Assembly: GCA_001687465.1 (NCBI GenBank)
Contig: LVLI01000206.1
Coordinates: 62,001 to 105,055, forward strand
DNA length: 43,055 bases
From: Halocafeteria seosinensis
Lineage: Eukaryota
Direction of reading: 5' to 3'
How positions within the stretch are numbered: the stretch's first letter is position 1; the number at the start of each line of letters is the position of its first letter. Below, in pieces: positions 23,067-32,340 of this stretch. The notes under the pieces were generated by a model. It was not told the DNA's origin. It searched no databases and worked only from the letters and a program-made list of their open reading frames with translations. Both the position numbers and the translations under genes were made by a program.

Positions 23067-25821
23067 CTAGGAGGGATCTTGAGACTGTATGTCGAGTAAC
23101 GTCTTTTGGGAGTAGAATCTATTTATCGTCTTCCTTTCCACTTCCCGGTGTACTTCTTCCCAAGAGGTCCATGTGGATTTGCTACCATCGACGTCCAAGT
23201 CCGCTTCAAAGTAGAATAATCCATGACATGGAGTAAATGATATTCTTACGTTAGACGTACCGCCTTCCAAAAACCTGTACGTTAACGTTATCGCTCCAGC
23301 AACGGAGCTACTCAATCGGTAAAAAAAATTACCTGGGGGAAATTCTTCCTCCTTAGTGTTGCAACCATATATCAACGGACGATGACCTGCTTGCCACCAC
23401 TCCGAGACACCGAACTTTATTAACCATAGCACTGGCATAAGAACCTCCACACAATACATGTATAACTTGAAAGTACCCTCCGGTGTTAGGTAGGGCTTTG
23501 TCCAAACTTTATCTACAAGGCTTTGACGCATATCCTCCAATCTCGGCTGTGTTAGCTCCTGAACGTAGTCAGACGCAAACTCGATGATTGCCGAGGTAAT
23601 CGAGTCTTCCTCCCAAGGTATCGGCTGATCTCGGTTATATCCAGTTAGTAAAGCCGCATGCGAAATTCTCTCCACTGCGTTGCTCGCCTCCAGGTATACC
23701 TCTTCTGCATTTTAAGAGCCAAAAATTCAATTGAGTAGTTCGAGTGGAACCAATTTCGCAAACGTACCATCACATAAGTTAGTGTCGTTTTTAGCATGCC
23801 AGCGGATTTCTTCGTTATTGAAATCGTACCCACACTTGGCAAGGCGTTCGCAACAACGAACCGCATTGGCCGGGCGCCCATGCAAACAAGAGGGAAGATC
23901 GGACTCCTCAAGCCGACGCACTATCTGCACAAGGACAAAGGGTTCAATAATTTCACCAACACAAGAAAACAATACCGACATTTTACAGTACTTCGTTTTG
24001 ATTTTCCCCTATGACCCTTGAAAGACGCTGTTTCAAGATAAGGGTGATCGCTTGTTCATCCAACTCCTTAATGGGTGGGAAAAACTGCGGGAAGCCAACG
24101 GAATCTGAGGCGCAGTTTTTACAGCCGTCGAATTAATTTGGTTACTAACCTCGATGCCTGTGTTACTGACATCATAAGCTGAATAATCGGCCACTGATAC
24201 CGTTACTATAGCATGTAGTATCGCGAAGCGCCGACATAACCGGGGAATATCGTTGATAGTATCCGCAATGCGTGGGTTGTACCTCCACTGGGTGCAAGCA
24301 GTATAAATATGCACCAGAAGCTGTAGTGGCTAGGAAACGCAAGCAGGTGTAATTCGTTGCATTCAAGGGATCGGAATCGAGAAGACACGAACCAGGGAGT
24401 TAGTTGTGGTCTTTTTTTGCAGCATTCCATCCATTTCCGCCCCCTGTAAGGGATATTACAGCAGTGTAACACCATAGCATCCAAGGACAGCTCAATAATC
24501 CCACTCACTGGTTCGACCGTTAGAGTTATGACGTTAGGGAAAGGGGTAAGTTGGTTCCGACTGTCGCTTCTTGCCAATATGAACCCAGTGACAGACCTTG
24601 CAATGGTAGACTTCCCCAGGCCTCGTCTTCCCCACAATACGAGTACCCCGGGACCTCGCCCAGCAATACCTTTCTGGGCTTTTCTACATATCTTCTGGTA
24701 TACACTCTGAATGCAACCATGACGACCAAGGATCCATTTGTGAGGTTGTTCATCCCACTCCAGCGGTTGTACTGAATTTTTCCAATTTGGGGACGACTCC
24801 GAGGCTTTCTTGGCAGGAAACGCTTGTAGATGCTGTTGTTCTGCTCAGCAAGTTAAATAAGGACGTTCAATTACATTTGGAAATCACGAGAATCAAGTGT
24901 GCAACCTGTACTTACTTATTTTATCCTTCGATTCCGGGACAAGGCGAAAAGGTTGTTCAGCATCAGCTGGAGTGCTCTTCTGGTGCGCCGTCGCTACGTC
25001 CACTCCTTTCTGCGCATAACAAAAACAAAGAGCCCAACAGAAAGTAAATCACCTCGAAATTGAAGAGCTTGGGTTTCGAACAATAACCCTTACCAGTAGA
25101 TTCTCATACAGCTTGGCCACATAAGCATTCGTTCGTTGCTGCGATAACCAAAATATTGTTTAGGACAACAATCTAGGTCACCGGTTAGCCCAGGGAACGT
25201 ACCCCTCCATCACCTCGATCATTCTCCTTGGGAACCGTGAGAACTATTTTTGCTGCGTCGTGTTTCCAATGATAGGAACGTCGGGCTTGGGTATCCAGTA
25301 GAGATACTTGACTTACCACCTGCTTGCATCAAAACTTTGGCTGCTATATCTGTTCCATACCCTGAAACAATGATGATCGAAGGTGGTGAATGAGTTTTTA
25401 AAATCCTTTCGATTTCATTCGCCGTCACCGTCTCCTCACATCCTAGGTCTCTGTCATGATCTTCCAGTGCAATTCCATACGTGTCACCAGCTGGTAACTG
25501 TCGTCCTCGCCCCACGTAGTGCAGAATGTCGATCCCATGGTCCAGGACCTTGTCAAATGTCTCACGGGTTGCGATAGCATCGTACCACGTGATGGCATAC
25601 ATGGACACTTGTTCGATTATGTAAGAGCGCTCTCTGGCGACATCGACCCGAGTTTGTCGGTGATCCAACTGCTCGTCGTCCGGACTGTACAGGGGATCCG
25701 CGTAGATATACGCGATATTGAGTCGACGTGGCGGGTGTTTGACTACCTGAGGGCCTTTGGGAGGATGGTTTGACTTCTTCCTGTGGCCCTTCTTCTTCCC
25801 TTTACTAGCACCAGCACCCAT
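23067..25821 (-). CDS. Paralog A: pseudo-CHAT (inactive caspase-like) + STAND/NB-ARC-like NTPase + STAT-like linker-SH2, predicted N-myristoylated, ~711 aa
   Basis: Manual GT-AG model with exons 25821-25317, 25252-25203, 25138-25094, 25009-24916, 24840-24509, 24443-24393, 24320-24150, 24084-23992, 23924-23768 and 23704-23067, giving one open frame of 2136 nt. Motifs: MGAGASK, AYIYADPL, DILHYVGRG, IIVSGYGT, ILGR...VLWGRRGLGKST, LHGRP, WWQAG..LIYG..GNFFYRLSSSVAGAITLTY. Confidence 0.8.
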
Positions 25822-26100
25822 TATACAGCACCGAGTTTGTGCCGCGTCGAGATGGCAGTCGAAGACGGAGGAACCTACACTATAATGCACCTCTACAGAA
25901 TCTTGCTGGTACCGGTAGCACCACACAATGTGTCCATTCACCCTAACAAGTCCGCGGATGACGTCGTACGTATATGCAATGGAGCAATTGCGGTCCGAGC
26001 TTCACAAACAAGGCTATATTACGCTAGTCTGCAGACTGCAACCAATTTACACAAGTTGTGTGTGGTACAACAACTTTTGTGTACGGTAGTAGCAGTGCTC

Positions 26101-26300
26101 CTACCGGAAGGCGAGTAGGCTACAGGTTACGCTACGCCGTGTGTGGGGTGAACTCTACCCAAAACCGCTCCAACATCTGTCATCAGCTTGCGATGCTGTA
26201 GTTCCTCCCCGCCTCCCGCTGGGGAACTCCCTGCTGGGAACCCCTGGACTCCCTTGTTCCCCAGAGGAGAGCCTGGTGGTTTCCTAAAGCAGAGAACGCA
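26101..26300 (-). repeat. Inverted, rearranged relative of the retroelement 3' end at 27160-27305 (SINE-like non-autonomous candidate)
   Basis: Shares blocks TGGGGAACAAGGGAG, TCGCAAGCTGATGAC, AGATGTTGGAGCGGTT and ACGGCGTAGCGTA(A/G)CCTGTAGCCT in the same order with the + strand element. Contains extra GC-rich stems such as CTGGGGAAC/GTTCCCCAG. Confidence 0.7.
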
Positions 26301-26899
26301 GTTAGACTTCATAATTGCCAATCTGCTGAATATCCAATGAGAAAGCACACAACAAAATACATGTATTGAAACGGCAGTCCAGACCATGAACTTCGAGTGA
26401 CCTCTTCCGTCACCAGTCACAGCAGAGGGATATCATAGAGGGATTTAGTCCTTCGGAAGTAATATATGCTGTTATCAATAATATCACTATACCTGTGATA
26501 TTTCACTGGTATTGGTAACTGCGAACTTCGTAACCCCGTTGAAGCCCGCGGTGATAATTGTCCGGAAATATCTACCGCCTGGGCCCTGGAGTTACCCCTG
26601 GGGGGAAACTTTTGAAATTCGGTTTTGTCTGGTCTTGTGACACGTACGAAATCAACATGTATAGAAGCTAAGAGGAACACCCACTTGGTCTATGCTGCGA
26701 CAACATGTGCGGCTGTTTCGCCCTAGACTCGATGCTCAAGCAGGACGGCACTACTGCGTCATCCTGATCCCTGAAAATTCCGTTGGCTCTTTTTTCCTGG
26801 GGAAGTCTTTCGGTCTTACGTAGATCTCCCTGGAGCCAGTTGCATGTACGCAGGAGCTGCACAATAAGCGCCGTTTGCCGCTTTGGGTTGTAATGCTGG

Positions 26900-27330
26900 A
26901 GGTTACACGACAAGGATCAGCTCGCGCTTTTGAACTGGAGTGGAGCGGAGCGTTTGGAGGGTACTATTTCATATCAAGCTTGTACAGTAGTGGCAACTGC
27001 ACGTGCCGATTTACTCTTGCAGCTGCTATTGGTCCCCACACCATCCTCCGGAAGCGCTCCCCACATGAAAATTATCCCGTTCGTGATAGAGGCGACGGGC
27101 GGTTTCGGGGAAGACGCGATCAAGTCCCTCAAGAGAATTGCCAAGAAAGCACCGCCTTTGTTGGGGAACAAGGGAGATGCGGAACTTTCGCAAGCTGATG
27201 ACGGCCAAACTGCCTATCATGTTGATGCACCACAACGTGAAGATGTTGGAGCGGTTACCCGTTATACGGCGTAGCGTAGCCTGTAGCCTGTTTGTCTTCC
27301 GGTTGTCACTTTGTCAAAGCACGCCGGGTC
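26900..27330 (+). mobile_element. Decayed 3' end of a non-LTR retrotransposon with a restriction-like endonuclease (CRE/R2-type)
   Basis: IIPFVIEATGGFGEDAIKSLKRIAKK, then after a frameshift near 27175 RNFRKLMTAKLPIMLMHHNVKML. This matches the C-terminal RLE pattern PfvvEtxGxxg...xxxlsxxlxrxNaxxl. No intact RT is seen and the 5' boundary is unclear. Confidence 0.7.
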
Positions 27331-28020
27331 ACTGAAGTCCACCTGCACGGTTGCAAATGCAACAAGAGGAGTCAGTGTGTTTGAAAGATAACACAATTTC
27401 AAAAGTGTTCATTGATATTTGAGTTGTCGATGCTCGATTACACAAACGTTACATAAACAAACGTGTGTCTGAGGCAGTGGGTCAGAATTGTCGACTCATC
27501 AACAGAACGGGAGAGCACATAATCGATGCATCCCATTAGCCCAAGTTAGTACTAACGACAGAATACTTTCATGGCGGAAGTATTTGGTTGTACACATATC
27601 TCGTGCATATAGACGCTATTTCCAAATAGTCCGCCAGCTGCATGTTACATTTTGCATCCCTTCGCCGGTCGACCTCACGGAGGAATTCGGCAGGATCGAT
27701 GGATCGTCCAGTCAGACGAGGAAAAACGTAATGGAAAAGCTTGCCAAAAAACTGAAAGACAAAGGTTTGGGAGACACTCTGGCGGATTCGTTGGCATCAT
27801 GTGCAGTTTAGACGGAACCTGACGGAGGCATCCATTTTAGGCCGGGTCGGGGCCAGTTTTAGTTGGCTCACCCAGCCAGGTCAGAATCGACTTCCCTCTC
27901 TCTTACCCATACTTGCCTGAAAGCCGGGGATCCACACAGTTAAATAATGTTCCTGTGTTAACACTGAGAGCAGAGAGTATGCACAGCCTGACGGTCAACA
28001 TAGCAATTCCATTTTGATAG

Positions 28021-28151
28021 AACCCACAAAGGAAGTGTCTCCTGCAGGAAACTGACGACAAATCAGTGAACCAATTAACGGAAAAGCGTTGACTAAGAGA
28101 CGTTTAAATTGTGTTAAATTATTAAATTTATTAAAATTCGCGGGCATTATA
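28021..28151 (+). repeat. Dispersed repeat, copy 1 (inverted copy at 41451-41560)
   Basis: 28047-28103 matches the reverse complement of 41480-41536 at 47/57 nt without gaps. Both copies then share AAATTTATTAAAA(A)TTCGCGGG. Confidence 0.75.
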
Positions 28152-29316
28152 GCGTCTTGTACGTCACCAACTTACAACATCATTGGTTAGAAGACGTCGA
28201 ATGACGTCTCCAGCTGCGTTCAATTTTGCTTTGGCCTCTTTTGTCACAGTATCTTGCCGTATTTCATGTTGGCCGATGTATCTGGACGGCTTAAAACTAA
28301 GACCAACAAGTTGTTGTGTTGATACACCTTTCCCAAAGCATCCACAACCGGACTTCCATCCCCATTACCATCAGGGAATTGGGGACGCATCACAATCAGC
28401 CTACGTGAGGCTCATTTATTACAAGGCCGCATATAACAAGGCGTGTCTGTAGCATCAGTAAAGGCGTCCGCACTATAATGACAGACTCTGCCAAGAAAAT
28501 AATCAGTAAGTAATGTGCTGTTGTCGTTTACAACAGTAAACATGTGAGAACTGTATTGAACCTAGTGGGAGTCGGAAGTCGAATTATTGGCTCAATCAAT
28601 GGCTCTTCTACAACACCAATCGATTCGTGGACGCAGAAGGTGTCTCTGCTGGATGCTTGAAAGTGACAGCTAGCATACAACCAGTGTGTGCTGGATAGTG
28701 CTGGTGCGAATCGGATTCAGCATCCTCACGTTGCACCAATGATGGCCACCGTCAGTCTCCGCAGTTTTTTCATCTTGTTTCATCTCCCAAATTCGCCAAA
28801 AAGAACCCTGTGCGTTCCTGGTTATCCCGTTCAGGAGGTGGATTGCGTCTCAAAACGAGCCACGCCCCTATTTCGTTCGTTTCGTTTTATCTGACTCCGT
28901 CCGTTTTGCGGGTGTACAGGCACCTCTCTCTGGCATCTGACCCGTAAGAACGCACTCACCACTTCCACGACTGCCTTTTGGTTCCTGCATATCATTTTGG
29001 CGGCATAAGCTTTGCGATAAGTTGACGGTGGATACGGGCCGATAGCAACAAAGGCGCGTTGTGAGCGAAAACGACTATCCTATAGACTGCTTGCCCCCTC
29101 CAACCTAGCGGCACCGGTAAAACAACCGATCCTCCAGAAGTCGTAAACAGGCTGGGTATGTTGCCGTGAATTCAGTAAAGGGTCCCTAGGTGTGTACCAC
29201 GGCGTCATATATCCGCTATCTGACATACAATGCACGATCCTAGCCGTGGAAGAACGTTTGCCTACAGTGTAAACTCTACTAAGGTGAACGAAGCGTAGCC
29301 CTTCCCGTCGACGCGA

Positions 29317-31982
29317 TTATCTTACCGTAGGATGGAAGACAATATCGCTTTCCCCCAAAGTGCGCGAGATATGCTCGTGAATGTCTTCCCATACCCGGAA
29401 CGGCGTGTTATCAATGTAGAACCTAAACTCAAAATTTTCTCGCTTTTGAATGATCCTCATATTCTCAATGCTCCAAGTGCCCGGGTCTTTCCAGGAGACC
29501 GTAACCCCTCGTGGATCACTGCCGCTCAGCCGATACAAAAATTCACCCTTCCCCAAAATCTCCCCTGGCCTACAGGCCCTGCCATGGATGAAAGGAACCG
29601 CTTCGTCTACGTCCCACCAGTCCTTTATTCCATAGGTCAACAGCCACAAGCATGGCATCAGAATGTGCCCACAGTATGAATATATGTTTAGTATCCCGTC
29701 AGTCACATAGTTAGACAGTTGCGTCGTCAATCCTTCTAAACCATCTAAACGATTTTGTCTCAGGTGCTGCAAGTACAGCTTGATAAACTCTAAGACAGCC
29801 GTTTCAGCCAGCTGAGGCTCCCATGTTGCCTTATACACATCACCATGAAACTGTTCTTGACGTTCTCTCGAGAGGTAATTCGCAATGTATCGGGAAGCTT
29901 CCGTTCGCTGATGAAGAATCTCATCTGTATTTAGCAGGGGTTACTACTTGGAATTGCAAGTAGCACTATACGAATACCATTCGTCGCACCTTCGCAATCC
30001 TCTCGTCTCCAAGCAACCTCCGTTGCAGACAGCCGGTCGGCTTCACCCGAGTGGCACAACTCCTTAGCAATATCGGTAATTACCCTAGCGTTTCCTAACA
30101 TTCCTTTGAACGCTTCATGCTGCTGCAACTGTTGCAGCAACTGCACAAGCAAACGTATCGCACGGGATGAGTAATATTCCAGTTCAATCCAGTACGCAGC
30201 AAAAGTACGTACATGCTCGTGTTGGGGACCCAAGCACTGGGCTAAGAGCTGCGTGGATGCGTCCTCGTTCAAGGGTTCCACCCGCACACACTGTGACGAG
30301 AAATAAATCAATTACGATTGGAATATTAAGCGTTATCTACTCCCTACGAACCTTAGCTTCACTGCAATCGGAGGACTTGATATAGGCAGATACACAAAGT
30401 ACCGCAGTACAATGAAATGACTTCGATAAGACTTGCAAACATTCGCTATAGAGGTTGACCAAATCACTAGTAAAACAAAGTTTGGTCGTTTCTAGATGCA
30501 CTTTGATAGTAAACTGCACCAAAGAGACTGCGTGTACACTTCCATAACTACGATGGGAGTCTGGGAGCGATTCCACTCACTAATGTATGGGGAGGCAAGG
30601 CCTCGTACGCGGGATCTGCACGGTTTCGTTTGCATGCAGCTGCAATTTTATCGGATAATGTATCTTCCTGTAAGGTTAAACGCGTACTGCTAATGCAAGT
30701 ATTTGAACTCCAGCTTTTATTGCTTACCTCATTCGCATTGATGCTGACAGAGAGAATATTTCGAAACCGATTGAGGGCATTGAACGCAGATCCATCTCTA
30801 GACCTTCTTAAGTTCACATAGCGATATAGGGAGTCGCATAGAGTGCGTTTTCCCAATCCACTTTGCCCATGTAGGACGATGCACCGTGAAGCGGACGCAT
30901 CGAAGCCATCATGACACACTGACTGATACAGTTCCTGTAGTAGCTTATCTCTGCCATATATAGATCGATGTGGTTGGTCAGGACATTCGTCGCAAATTCC
31001 ATCAAATTGGAGCCGTATTTTGTGATTACTACGGGATATGGATGTGTCCGCTGCATTTTTTTTTTGGTTGTCGTCGTAGATGCACGTTCTCGTTCTGCAC
31101 AGGAAAGATGATGCCATACTTACTGTCCTCAGGTTCACTACTAGGCGATAACAAAGTGAATGTGCTTTGGTGACGTGGGGAGCAAGCGATCCCTTGTGCT
31201 CGCTCAAACGCTTTACGGACTGTCTCTCCCCTCTGCAACCGTAATGACAACTTCAAGAGTATTTGATTTAGAGGTACCTGGACGGGATAACTGACGTACG
31301 AGTAGCCTTTCATAGAAGCATTTGGCGAAGGAAATCGCGGATATCTGCATTGTACCGTAGTATGTAAACGTGACTTTGCGTGCTTGAACTGGGTATGGGT
31401 AATGCATCTCACATCTTCCACCGACGAATCCTGCGGAACCGATACCACATACGGAACTGCAAGTAAGATAAGTGAATCTAACGACGATGGCAAGATCAAA
31501 ACAGAAGAGCACGTACTTCCTGCATCTGTGAATACTTGTGCGACAGCCTCACTGTGACATGCGCTCACGAGCACCAGTTTGGGGCGGTGGGTATCGTGCA
31601 GCAAGTTCCGCAGTTCCTCCGTATTGACTATTTTCTCCACACCTAATTGTTGCTGCTGCTTAACACTATCGTCCTCAACTACGCCCTGTTCGAACGAGAT
31701 ACCCTGAGGCGTGCCATGGCCTGAATAATGCAGGATGTCAATGCCTTTAGAGAGCAAGATCTTCATGTTCTCCAGGGTGGCGATGGCTTCCAGCCAACGC
31801 ACATCAATGGTCTCTGCGCGTTCTTTCCTTCGGACTGGTGCAAATGGGCCTACGGGAGGTGATATCTGCTGCAATTGTTGTCTAATCTTGCGCGATTCCA
31901 GGTGGAAATCAATGCGCTGGACGGGAGATCCATCTTCATGCAGAATGGGGTCCGCGTAGAGGTAGCCAATAGTAATCATCAT
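29317..31982 (-). CDS. Paralog B: CHAT caspase-like protease (His/Cys intact) + STAND/NB-ARC-like NTPase + STAT-like linker-SH2, ~694 aa
   Basis: Manual GT-AG model with exons 31982-31517, 31456-31413, 31344-31300, 31232-31124, 31050-30728, 30667-30581, 30513-30352, 30290-30213, 30140-29978 and 29924-29317, giving one open frame of 2085 nt. Motifs: GYLYADPI, DILHYSGHG, LVLVSACHS, AISFAKCFYERLLRGETVRKAFERA, IYGR...VLHGQSGLGKRT, VEPLNEDASTQLL, WWD...FIHG...GEFLYRLSGSDPRGVTVSW. Confidence 0.83.
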
Positions 31983-32340
31983 GAAAACTCACAGATACAG
32001 GCACAGCCGGAGCAAAAACGACACAACAAGACACAATTAGTAAAGTACGTGGCTTCGAGTGGTCGGATTATATATTTTGTGAAGGTCAAGGCAGCAATAC
32101 CCGCGGCGGGGTAACCCGCCTCGATTCGAAGTACACACGGGTACAACCGACCGTACCCAGCCGCTGTTGTGTTGTCTGTGGGGTGTTCCAGAACGAATAT
32201 AAAAGGCATCTGGACGTGCGCCACATTGACAAACGCACTTCAGCACATATTCTTTTTTGTACTGAAGGAGTTCAACGAAAACTCAAAAGATGTCAATTCG
32301 TTAGTAGTCAACGCTGTGTCCACTCACAGATCTGAATACT

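Noticed and set aside
26170..27210. Hammerhead ribozyme cores (CTGATGA in both retroelement arms)
   Set aside because: There is no correctly placed GAAA or stems, and the motif is explained by the coding sequence K-L-M-T.
26101..27305. DNA transposon with terminal inverted repeats
   Set aside because: One arm overlaps RLE coding sequence, and there is no transposase motif or target-site duplication. Two related retroelement ends explain it better.
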